Source: Blepharisma stoltei ATCC 30299
Lineage: Eukaryota > Protista > Ciliophora
Assembly (NCBI GenBank): GCA_965603825.1
Contig: CBFDEM010000053.1
Coordinates: 744,001-808,000 of the forward strand
Direction: 5' to 3'
DNA length: 64,000 nt
In this document: positions 47,145-58,779 of the stretch, in pieces
Layout: each line of letters starts with the position of its first letter
Numbering within the stretch: position 1 is the stretch's first letter
Translations under genes and position numbers: made by a program
Notes under the pieces: model-generated
What the model was told of the DNA's origin: nothing
What the model saw: the letters and a program-made list of their open reading frames with translations, nothing else
Databases searched by the model: none

Positions 47145-47768
47145 ATGAGAAAAGCCCTTGATCCTTATCATATTCTCAAAAGCTACCCTTACTTTTTCCA
47201 AAATTTAACTGAAGAAGAATCACAAATATTTGAGTTCATCATAATGAATGAAAAAATTTCTGCAGAAAAATACGGGACTTTAATTAAGCCATTCAAAAAG
47301 TCTGTAGGCCCTTATGATCTTGAAGCCCAGACAGGGTATTCAGATGGCCTTCAAAATGCTTATTTTAATATAGAAAATTTTGTTATTGGAGATGAAAACT
47401 ATAGAGTGTTGTCTATTGAGTTCTTAGGAGATCATAAAGATGAGCCTTATTGCTTTGGACCGCCGAGGTTTAGACCAAGAGACTTTATAGGGAATAACAG
47501 CTTTTATGAAAGGCTTGAAAGATCTTTATTTTGCTGGAGATGGGTGGATAAGGACGATAGCAGTTTTAGAGCAGTTACAATTGAAGATGTCCCTGACACT
47601 GTTAGTGGGTTAAATTATCCTATAAGATCTCTTATAAAGCCTCAAGATTTAATCGGGACTCCTGAATTTTATGAGCAAATCAATGAAAATGATATATTCA
47701 ATTATAGACAAATATATAGATCACGCTACGAAGATAGCTACAGGGTTGTTACCATTGAAAATGAATAA
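47145..47768 (+). CDS. Hypothetical protein, 207 aa
   Basis: Intact ATG-TAA ORF with globular-looking composition; no family recognised. Confidence 0.7.
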   Translation: MRKALDPYHILKSYPYFFQNLTEEESQIFEFIIMNEKISAEKYGTLIKPFKKSVGPYDLEAQTGYSDGLQNAYFNIENFVIGDENYRVLSIEFLGDHKDEPYCFGPPRFRPRDFIGNNSFYERLERSLFCWRWVDKDDSSFRAVTIEDVPDTVSGLNYPIRSLIKPQDLIGTPEFYEQINENDIFNYRQIYRSRYEDSYRVVTIENE

Positions 47769-47850
47769 AACCTAGTAATTAAGCATAATCTTTTATTGTA
47801 AAATTGTCACTTAAGCATTATGAATAATCCTCAAATCCATCTTAAATTGA

Positions 47851-50800
47851 ATGAATTCAGATAAAGAGCTTGAAACAATTCTCCAGGAAGCCAAAGCAAA
47901 CTACCAAAAACGAATTTCTTCAGTAAGAAATTCTTTAAAATCAGTCTATGACGATACTCATGCTGATGCGCTTTTTGATACTTTAAAAGCAAATGCATTA
48001 ACTGAAAGATCAATCCCTCCACGCCCATCTTCAAGGGCTTCTGAAAGGTCACCTCATTTATCGTTAACTAATAGATCCAGAGATATCAGCCCTTTAATTA
48101 GCAAGTCGAATTCTGAAGAAATTTTTCAGCTGCAGAGCTTGCTTGAAAAAGAGCGAAGATCTCGATATGAAGATCAAAAGAAAATAAAACTTTTGAAAGA
48201 AGAAATAGATGATATGAAAAATTCTATGAAAACTCTGCAAGGGCATTTAGGAAAAGTAAGCGAAGAATACGAAAATTCATTAAGAAATAAGTCAGATGAA
48301 GCTAAAGAATTCCTAAAGCAAAGCCAAATCGAAATCGCGAAGCTAAAAAGCGCTTTAGAGGTCACTGAAAATGACGGTCTGCAGAATTTCCAAGAAATTG
48401 ATTATTTTAGAAAAAAATCAATAGAAAACCAAAAATTAATTCAGGACTTGCAAGACCAATTGAAATTTTCACAGAAAAATGCGACAGATTTAGAAGCAAG
48501 GTCAGAGAAATGGAAAATGAGCTATCAAGAATCCGAAAGAGCGAATTCCGAGCTAAGGGACAAGCTTAGAGACGCATCATTCAATATCTATAATCTTACA
48601 GATGAAAATATGAACCTTAAAGACAAATTGAAAGAAAAAGATAAAGCCATCAGTAGCTTAAAGCTTCAAATGGAATATTCAGCCCAAAATGAAATAGAAA
48701 ATGTCAAAAAAGAAGCCGAATATTGGCAGAATTTATGCAATGATCGCCAAATCACTATAGAAGAGCTAAAAAATCTCCAGGAAGAGCTAGAAAATAAGCT
48801 TAATGAAGTAGAAAGGAAAAATGAGCAAGAAAAACAGCAGCTGATAAAGCAATTAAAAGAAATAAATCTCAGCAACTTAGAAACTGAAGAAAAAATTATG
48901 AGTGAAAATTTCGAAAAAATTAATGAATTGAAGGAGCAATATGATAAAGATATAGAAAAGCTTAAAAAAGAATACGAAAAAGAACTGGAAATAAAAATGA
49001 ATGACGTACAAAGTGAAATTGATATGCTGAGAGAAAGGGAAGAATATGCCAAAAGCATTTATGAAAATAAAATTAAAAATCTTGAAGATGATATTGAAAA
49101 TAATTTTATCAGCCGAGGACTGCTGGACCAGATAATTGGAGAAAAGCTGTCAGACCAAAGGGAGTTTTATGAAAAAAGGATGGACGATAGAGAAAAAGAG
49201 CTGGAAATTGACCAGGAAAAAATAATTGGAAAAATAAAAGCATCACATAAAAACGAACTAGAAAATATTTTGAAAAAAATGGATGAAATCGAAATAGAAA
49301 ATGAAGAACTCAATGAACAAATTTTAAAGGTAAAATTCGAGCTGAAAAGCGAAAAAGCAAAAAATTCCCAGCTTGAAGTAAAAATGTCACAAACCCAAAA
49401 TGATATCGAAACTTTACAGGAAACTAAGGTGCACTTTTTTAAACAAATGGAAGACGTCAATGTTGATATGTTTAAGCTTACAAAAGAGGTGGAAAATTTA
49501 AAGATCGAGAAAAAAAGATATGAAAATTTATATGAAGTCGAAGTTTCTAAGCAAGAAGAAATAAGCCAAAAATTGCAGGAACAATCTGAGGAATTATATA
49601 AAAGAATTGACTCTGAAAGAGCTCAAAGAAGAGCTGCAGAAAAAGAACTCTTAAACGCAGAAGAAAACGCCAAAGCTTTGAAAATTGAAATATTAAAACT
49701 CAATGAAGTCAAAAGTATTTTAGAATCTGAAAATGAAAGCCTCCGGCTAAAATCAAATAAGCGAGAAGACGATTTTAAACGGGAAAAAGCTACCAATGAT
49801 ACCAAAATAAAAGAACTTGCAATGGCTCTTGAAATAAATAAAGGCTCTATTCTTGAATATGAAAAACAAATTATCAGCTTAAATAATGAATTAAAATACT
49901 ATAAAAGCTCAGAAATAAAAATCAACGAAAATATCAAAATATATCAAGCTGAATTAGAAGCGTCTCTGCTTAAAATACGATCCCAAGACGATGAAATAAA
50001 TTCATGAAAATACAAAAATAATTTACTCACTGACTCCATAGAAAAGCTCAAAGGAAAACTCGAAAATACCCAAGACCGATTTCGAGACTGCATAAAAATT
50101 CAGCGCGATCGCTATAAAAATCAACTAAACATTCTCAGTCAATGGGTCTATGACCAACTATTAAATTTCAAAAAATACATGCAAGCGGCCTTATCAGAGA
50201 TTTCTAATATAACAGCACTAGAAACTTCTAAAAGGCTGAAGCTTTTCAGAGAGGAATTTTCTAATAAAGAGCTTAAGTTTAAACAAGTCTACCAAGAAAT
50301 GAACAACAATAAGCGGGAATTTGTTAATAAAATAAAAGATCTGTGTGAAGAAAATTCAAAATTAAAAATCGCTTTATCAGACCAAGACCGTGACTTGAAA
50401 ATGAAGGACGCTAAAATTAAGCTTTATGAAGAAAATTTTGAAGAAATTGGGATAACGGCGGAAAAAGAGCAAAATAACATGAGGGCGCTATTGCTGAAAA
50501 GGGAAAATGAGCTAAAAGAAATTATTCAGTCTAAGGCTGAGTTAAAAGGAACGATTGAAATCCAGCAGAATAAAATAGAAAAATTAAAAAATGCTTTGAA
50601 GGCTCAAGCTAGTCATATAATTGAATTAGAAAGTTCTATACAAAAAGATTATGATAAGACAGCTGAAGAAATTTATACATTGAAAGGGATTTTTAAAGAA
50701 GAGTTTGAGCATATGAAGCTGATGCTGACAATGGAAAATCAGAAAAAAGATACAAATTTGCAGCAGGCTTTAATCGATGCTGAAGAATATAAAGGGAGGC

Positions 50801-50937
50801 TTGCTAAACTTGAGTCAGAGACTTTGGATCAGGATTTAAAATCAAATGATCAAATAGAAAGCCTTCAAAACAGGCTAAGCCAAGTATTAAATGAGCTTAG
50901 AAATGAAAAGAAGTCATTAGAGCCAAGTAGGAGTTAA
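47851..50937 (+). CDS. Large coiled-coil protein, ~1028 aa
   Basis: The 718-aa and 252-aa ORFs are in frame and joined through TGA at 50005, giving a continuous E/K/L heptad sequence. Confidence 0.85.
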
Positions 50938-50999
50938 TGTAAGCTAATATTTAATTTATTAATTTGTTGAATAAATAATTTTCCTGTAGAAAATAACTG

Positions 51000-52280
51000 A
51001 TGAGCTTGCTTATTTGGATATTCTTCCTCAAAATTTATTTTACTTATGCTGATAGTGATGGTCCCTGGTCTTTGCTTGGATTTTCAGGCTACTCAGGAGA
51101 AATCGTGATGAACAACCTAACAGGCTCATCTCTTTTTTATTGGCTTTTTCAAGCATATAAAGGCAATATTCTCACAGATAAATTACCTATAATTCTATGA
51201 CTTCAAGGAGGACCAGGCTGTTCTGGGGAAACTGGCATGCTTTTTGAAAACATCGGCGCATTTAATATAGACAATTCCGCTAACCCATTTATAAACCCTT
51301 ACACCTGGGCCACTGATTTTCACGTGATTGCTGTCGATTATCCCTTTGGAGCTGGATTTTCATTCGCAAACGCTGCTTATGATATGAAAAATACCACGAT
51401 CCAAGCCTCCGCTTACCTTTACAACTTTTTAGTAAAATTAAGCAATAAATACCCAACCTGGCTTAACCGAGATCTCTATATATTTGGGAGCAGCTATGCT
51501 GGGCATTGGGTCCCTGGAATTGCTTATACAATTTTAATGAATAATCTTTCCCCAAATTCCCCTACAAAATTCCAATTAAAAGGAATCGGTATTGGAGACC
51601 CTTGAATTGAAGCTTTGACACAAACCCAGTACTACTCAGACTATGCTTATCAACACAGTCTTATAGACAATGAAGAAATAAACATAATAGAGCAGCTGCA
51701 AGCACAAATTGTCAATGAATTAAACAGTGGGAATTTATTGCAAGCCAATTCTGATAGGGAAAGCATTTTGTCTGATATTTCAAGCTATGCAGGAGGGATT
51801 GACCCATTAAATGTAAGGTACTTTGGGAATCATTATAATTTGGGAAATATTAGTAATTGGCTTAATTCAGCCTCTACAAAAACACTGCTGCATGCACCTG
51901 CGAATATTATATGAAGTGACTGTAATGGGACTGCCGGGGCTGGGTTTATTGAAGATAAAATGACTTCAATGGCGAGCTATTTTCCTTTTATTTTGGATAA
52001 TATAAAAGTTGTTATATGGAGTGGACAAGACGATTTGAGGGTAAACTCGATGGGGACTCAAGCTTTGTTAGCAAAAATGAACTGAAGCTATATTAATAAC
52101 TTTTTGGCTGCTAATAAGATTGTGTGGGCTGTTAATGGACAAGTAGCAGGGTATGTGACTACTTATAATTCCTTAACGTTCATATCTATGCTAAAAGCTG
52201 GCCATTTAGCTTCTCACGATCAACCACTCAACGCAAAAGATATGGCATATAGATTTATCAATAATGCAGGATGGCAATAA
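51000..52280 (+). CDS. Serine carboxypeptidase S10 family, copy 1 (~426 aa)
   Basis: Signal peptide, WLQGGPGCSG, VDYPFGAGFS, GSSYAGHW, GQDD and AGHLASHDQP. Confidence 0.92.
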
Positions 52281-52301
52281 TTTATTAATTAAAAAAGTTA
52301 C

Positions 52302-53597
52302 TTACTTCCAACCTTCATTATTAATAAATCTATAAACTAAATCCTGCGCACATTGAGGCTGATCATGAGGCATCAAATGCCCAGCTCTCAGCACTAGCAC
52401 AAAGCTTAAATTATTATAAGCCCTCACATACCCAGCAATTTTTCCATTGACACTTCATGTTTGCCTGTGGGCGTTCACAAATTGATGCGTATATTGCCAG
52501 TTAAGCTGAGAAAGGAAATCTTGAGTCCCAAGGGAGTTCACAATATAATCGTCTTGGGAATTCCATACAATTACTTTAATATTTTGGACTATATATGATA
52601 AATAAGGCTTCATAGAAGTCATCATGTCTTGTCCCCAGGAATAGCCTATTTCTGGGTTGCAGCTCTGCCAAAAAATATCTAAAGGTGCATTTAGCATCAA
52701 TTTTGTGGAGTTTAAATTCATCCAATTAGGAAGCTGGCCTAGGTCATAGCTGTCATAATAATATCTTATATTATAAATATCAGCGCCCCCTGCATAATTA
52801 GAAATCGCTCCGAGTAAATTCATTTGGTCGTTATTTGCGGTCACCAGCTCCCCAGCATTTAAATCACTAATAATTTGTGCTTGCATTTGCTGGATAATCC
52901 CCATTTCTTCTAAGTCTAATAAGCCTGTGCTGAAGCCATATTCGTCATAATGCTGAGTTTGTGTGCCGCCATCCATAAAAGGGTCGCCAATTCCGATACC
53001 TTTTAAGGAAAACACAAATTGGGCGTTTGGAGAAAGGTTGTTCATGAGGATTGTATAAGCAATTCCAGGGACCCAATGCCCAGCGTAGCTGTCACCAAAA
53101 ATATAGAGGTCTCGGTTGAACCAGGTTGGGTATTTGTTATTTAGCTTTATGAGAAGGTTGTAGAGGTAGGCTGAGGCTTGGATTGTAGAGTTTTTCATAT
53201 CATAAACAGCGTTCGCGAAGGAAAAGCCACTTCCGTAGGGGTAGTCGACCATAATAACGTGAAATTCGTTAGTCCAAGAATAAGGATTAGGGGTAGGCTG
53301 TGTTTGATTGTTTATGTTGAAAGGTCCGACATTTTCAAAAAGCAGACCAGTTGAGCCTGAGCAGCCTTGACCTCCTTGTAGTCATAGTATGATTGGAGCT
53401 TTGTCTGTTAAAATATTGCCTTTGGTTGCTTGGAAAAGTCAATAAAAAAGAGAGGATCCTGTTACATAATTCATAACCACTTCTCCTGCATACCCAGTGT
53501 AGCCTAAAATTGACCATGGGCCATCTGTATCGCCAAGGAGATCTAAGCACAAGCAAGCTTCTAGTAAAAGCATGCCCAAGAGAAGTTTTGCTGCCAT
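52302..53597 (-). CDS. Serine carboxypeptidase S10 family, copy 2 (~431 aa)
   Basis: WLQGGQGCSG, GDSYAGHW, SQDD and AGHLMPHDQP. ATG at 53595-53597. Confidence 0.92.
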
Positions 53598-53708
53598 TAT
53601 TAATAAAATAGCTTAATGCCCTAATATCCTTATATTGAAAAATTATTTCTACTGAATTTATTAAAAAAACATTTTTAAACCCTTAAGGTTATAAAGTGAA
53701 TTTAAAAG

Positions 53709-55007
53709 CTAATTAAACCCTTGATTATTAATAAACCGAATGACCAAATCTTTAGCATTCTGCGGCTGATCATGAGAAAATAGATGCCCTGCCTTCAGGG
53801 TCAATACAAAGCTTAAGTTATTATAAGAAATAGCGTAGCCTGCCACTTCTTTATTTACTTTCCATATATGTTTCCTCGCACTTGTAAAGCCTTTAATATT
53901 CTGCCAGTTCAGCTTGGCAAGGAGCGCCTGAGTTCCAATATTTGTTACATCAAAATCGTCTTGGCCGTTTCATATAAGAACTCTTATGTTGTCTAAAATA
54001 TAAGGCAAATAATTTGCCATTGAACTCATAATGTCAACGGTCCATGCATTCCCAATAGTTCCATTGCAGCTTACCCAAGTGACATTTAAAGGCGCATGAA
54101 GCATACTTTTAGTAGAAGCCAAATTCATCCAGGCTGGCACTTGGCCCATGTTATAGTTATCATAAAAATACCGAACATTGAAAGGGTCAGCGTTTCCAGA
54201 ATATTTAGCAAAAAGTTCATATTCAAGATATAGATCTGCGTTATTAGCTTTATTATAATCTGATGCGTTGAGCGCTACAATGATTTCTTGCTGGTAGCTT
54301 TCTATTATTCCTTTTTCTTCTAAATCAATTAATCCAGACGAATAAGCGTATTCTGCATAATATTGGGTTTGCGTATAAGCTTCAATCCAAGGATCACCTA
54401 TTGCAATACCTTTTAGACTGAAAACTTTTTGAGCGTTAGGCGATTTATTGTTCATTAAGATTGTATAGGCAATTCCAGGGATAAAATGCCCAGAATAGCT
54501 TTCTCCAAAAATATATACATCACGATTAAACCAAGTTGGGTACTTTATGCTTAGCTTGACCAAAAAGTTATATAGATATGCAACTGATGCCATAGTCGTG
54601 TTTTTCATGTCACTAGGAGAATTTGCAATAGAATATCCAGCTCCAATAGGAAAATCTACCATAATCACATGATAATTACTGATTCACGTATAAGGGTTTA
54701 TAGCAGGCTGGGTGTTATTGTTTATACCAAATGGCCCAATATTTTCAAAAACCATTCCAGTTGAACCTGAGCAGCCTTGGCCACCTTGCAGCCATAAAAT
54801 TATTGGTAGTTTATCTGAGGTAATGTTCCCTTGAGTGGCTTGGAAAAGCCAATAAAACAGTGAAGAACCTGTTAAATTATTAATAACTATCTCTCCAGCA
54901 TATCCAGTAAATCCAAGCAGAGATCATGTGCCATCAGTATCTCCTAAATTTTCATAACCAAAACAGAGCTGAATTAAAGCTGTAACTAAAATGAATAGTT
55001 TTCCCAT
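53709..55007 (-). CDS. Serine carboxypeptidase S10 family, copy 3 (~432 aa)
   Basis: WLQGGQGCSG, GESYSGHF, GQDD and AGHLFSHDQP. TAG stop at 53709. Confidence 0.92.
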
Positions 55008-55184
55008 TATAAAATCAACAAAATAGATTAAGCACATATATGATAAAATTTTAAAATACCTAGGCTAAGCCAGTCCTTATGACTTATAATGATTATTATA
55101 CATGAATGACCGTTTGCCTTGATAATTTTAATAGAATTTTTCCAATTTAGTGCTCTATAGAGCTATAGAATTAATTATTTTAAA

Positions 55185-56471
55185 TTATTGCCACCCTTCG
55201 TTATTGATAAACCGATACACCATATCTTTTGCAATATGGGGCTGATCATGTGACATTAAATGTCCAGCTTTCAAAACCAGCACAAAGCTTAAATTATTAT
55301 AATTAGTCACATATCCTGCTACTTCTCCATTTACTTTTCATATTATTTTATAAGCATTGAAAAACTCTTGAATATATGGCCAATTGAGTTTCGCAAGCAA
55401 AGCTTGTGTTCCCATTGAATTAACTAATAGGTCATCTTGACCATTATAAATCAGCACTTTTACATTGTCAAGAATTAATGGAAAATAACTAGCCATAGAT
55501 GTCATAGTATCTTCAGTTCAAGCATTTCCCAAAGCTCCATTACAGTCCTGCCATACAATATCCATCGGCGCATGCAGCATATTTTTTGTTGAAGCTAAAT
55601 TCATCCATTCAGGGATTTTTCCTAAATCATAACAATTATTATAGCATCTTAAATTCATAACATTTACGTTTCCAGCATAATTTACAATATTTCCTAGAAT
55701 ATTGTCATGAAGGGTACTAGCTTGGTCGTAGTTTTCTGAGGTTAATTGGGCTACTAGCTCATTTTCGAGGGTTTGAATGATTTTTAATTCTTCTTGATCT
55801 ATCAGACCTGACTGATAAGCATAGTCGGAATAGTATTGGTCTTGGGTGTATGCTTCTATTCAAGGGTCTCCTATACCAATTCCTTTTAATTGGAATGCTG
55901 CCTGGGGACTTGGTGAGCGATTATTCATTAAAATTGTATAAGCTATCCCAGGAATCCAGTGCCCAGCATAGCTGTCTCCAAAAATATATAGATCTCTATT
56001 AAACCAAGTCGGGTATTTTTTGCTTAGCTTGACCAAGAAGTTATATAAATAAGCAGAAGCTTGGATTGTCGTGTTTTTCATATCATAAGCAGCATTTGCA
56101 AAGGAAAACCCAGCACCTAAGGGATAGTCAACTGAAATTACGTGAAAACTGCTAATTCAAGTGTCAGGGTTTATAATAGGCTGGGTATTGCTATTAATCA
56201 AAAAAGGACCTACTTTCTCATTTAGCATTCCACTTTCTCCAGAACACCCTGGGCCTCCTTGCAGTCATAAAATAATTGGCAATTTGTCTGTAAAAATGTT
56301 TCCGTTTGCTGATTGAAATAGCCAATAAAATAGTGATGAGCCTGTAAGATTATTTATGACAATTTCTCCAGCATAGCCTGTAAAGCCTAATATCGATCAT
56401 GAGGCATCAGTATCGCTGAGATTTGCTGAAGATAGGCAACCTTGAATAAAAATCAACAATAAAATTTTCAT
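55185..56471 (-). CDS. Serine carboxypeptidase S10 family, copy 4 (~428 aa)
   Basis: WLQGGPGCSG, GDSYAGHW, GQDD and AGHLMSHDQP. ATG at 56469-56471. Confidence 0.92.
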
Positions 56472-56613
56472 TTTTACTAGGCTTAATAAAGAAATATGTC
56501 TATTTAATTTCTGTTGAAAATACTTTAATAATTCAGGATTTAATTTTTTTGGTAATTATTTTAAAATATCATAGAAAAATTTGGTTTTACATCAAACTAA
56601 CAAATTATTATAA

Positions 56614-56976
56614 ATGGCACAAAGAATAATTCTATATGACGGAGTCTGCAATTTATGCAATTCTTTTGTGGATTTTGCGCAAAATCGAAGTCCCAGGAAT
56701 TTTTTTACTTTTATTCCTTATCAAGAATCCCAAGACCTGCTATTACAATACCCACAAATACCTAGAGACATGAGTTCAATGGCTTATATAGAAAATGATA
56801 CTATTTACCTTTATTCAGACTCCACACTAAAGGTCTGTTCTTATCTGAGCTATCCAGCTTATTTTCTTTCATGGTCCAGAGTTCTCCCAAAATGCATCAG
56901 AGACCCTGCCTATCGGTTTGTCGGGCGAAATCGCTATAAATGGTTTGGAACCTGCCAATGCTCAAAATCCGATTAA
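56614..56976 (+). CDS. DCC-family (DxxCxxC, DUF393-like) thiol-disulfide oxidoreductase, 120 aa
   Basis: ILYDGVCNLC and P..IRD.AYRFVGRNRYKWFG..C. Confidence 0.9.
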   Translation: MAQRIILYDGVCNLCNSFVDFAQNRSPRNFFTFIPYQESQDLLLQYPQIPRDMSSMAYIENDTIYLYSDSTLKVCSYLSYPAYFLSWSRVLPKCIRDPAYRFVGRNRYKWFGTCQCSKSD

Positions 56977-57064
56977 TTTCTAATACGAAATCAATAATTC
57001 AGCTGGTTTTAGAATATTTCTATTATAAAAATATTTTATTAAAAATTAATAGAGATCTTGTCTC

Positions 57065-58765
57065 TTAAAGAATTTTTGAGTCGTTGTTCTGAGCTGGATT
57101 ATTTAAACTTTTGCTGCGAACTGAGCTTCTTGATTCAGCATGCGAGTTCCTTGACTCTATGCCTCTTGGGGAATTATTTTGGTTTTTTGAGTCAATAGAT
57201 CCAGCTGGTGACATCCCATAAAATTTAGCAATATTTTTCTTATACATGCTATCTAATGGACTTTTCGTAGATTTGCCTGGCTTTCCTATATCTTTTCTGG
57301 ATAAATTAAATTGATAAGTAGCTGCTGATTCATTAAGCTTGGAAATATCTAGCTTAGGGGAAGTTTTCGTATTATTGGCTTTGGCTGCTGCATATTCAAA
57401 CTCAGGGTCTATCGTTTTTTTATCATTTTCTCCATCCTCAGACCTTTGTGATGGCTGAGAAACCCCATAGAATTTTTCATTATTTTTTTGAAAATTTTGA
57501 GCTTCTGCGTCAATTTCAGTAAATTTTGTTTTGCCTCTATTGATCGTTCCTGGATTTGCCGCATTCATAAAAATAGTCCCTCCTTTTATATTTGGAGGAT
57601 TTGTAAAGAATTTTTCTGCATTTTTCGAAAATCCTAAATTTAGGTCATCTTCAGCATAAAATTTCTGCGCATTTGCTTTAAAATCTGAGTCCTGTGACAA
57701 TCTTGTAGGAGGTAGCGAGCTTTGCCTAGAAACCTGCCCATCTCTCCCAGGGGTTTCTGAGTATCCCCAGAATTTAGAATGATCCAAATTATGCTTTATC
57801 GGCTGGTTATTTTGTACTTGTCCATCCTCAGTTGCCCATTTATAGGTAGGATTCAGCGGATGCGTATTTCTCATTGTGGTAATTCCTTTTTTCAGAGACC
57901 CAGCTTGTGCTCCCTCAATATCATTGGTATTTGTAGTATTCCTATATTCATTTCTGTCTTTTTTCCCTATCATACCTACCCCAACAGTCCCTGGGGTGGC
58001 TCCTGCAATATCTTGAGTATTTAAATGTCTCTGATGAGGGCTTGCACTTTTATTTATTAACACCCTAGGCTTGCTTCCTTCTACCTCTCCTATTGTGACT
58101 AATTTTCCTTCATAGTCTCTAACTGAATACTGAGGCATCAAAGGGTTTGTGTTTCTGCCGTATTCAATGACTTCTCCTTTGTTAATATCTTTTGGGTCCA
58201 TAAAATTTGGTTTTCTTATATTTTTTTCTGGTTTTGGCCTTGCGCCGTCAATATCAGTGACATTCATGGTGTTCCTGATTTTCCATTTAAAACGAGTTTC
58301 TTGCTTTGTCCCATCTATATCAGTGGCACCTATAGAATCTCTTATAAACCTAGGTGGGGTGATTGGTTTTGTTTCGTAGCTTGGAAGATTGTAGACTGGC
58401 ATCAAAGGGTTACTGCCTATCCTATTTGTCACAAATTCAGCCTTATTAGGGTATGCTTTATAGATATCTCTGGTATTGAGATTAAAATTTGGCTTGTCTA
58501 AAGCTTGATGAAGCTTAGAAGGCTGAGCTTTTTCAATGTCGTTGACATTATAAGAATGGTCTGGCTTATTGATATATTGGTAGCCTTTAAGATTTGGCCT
58601 AGCTCCTTCAATATCATCTGTAATTAGAGAAGTCATGCTATTGTTGCCTCAGTGTTTTTTCTTACTAGGTGCATCATCTGGGGTAATAGTAGAAAGATAC
58701 ATTAAGTCCTCTAATTATCGCTTACTTCTGGCAGGAAAAGGCTGATAACTGCCTGTTGAAAACAT
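57065..58765 (-). CDS. DI(E/D)GA.P / NPL.P.Y repeat protein (possible ciliary/cytoskeletal protein), ~561 aa
   Basis: ATG at 58763-58765, intron 58711-58725, one TGA=W. About six DIxGA/DIxKA units and three (N/H)PLxPxY units. Confidence 0.8.
58711..58725 (-). other. 15-nt intron GTAAGCGATAATTAG
   Basis: Contains an in-frame TAA. Removing it gives PARKDLMYLST, in frame with the 523-aa ORF. Confidence 0.85.
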
Positions 58766-58779
58766 ATTTTTTAAAGTTA

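Noticed and set aside
41586-49805. Numerous Ser/Phe/Leu-rich ORFs opposite the coiled-coil, RanBP1, MORN and TRAF-ZF genes (e.g. 46157-46729, 48666-49058)
   Set aside because: These are antisense or alternative-frame shadows of E/K-rich coding sequence.
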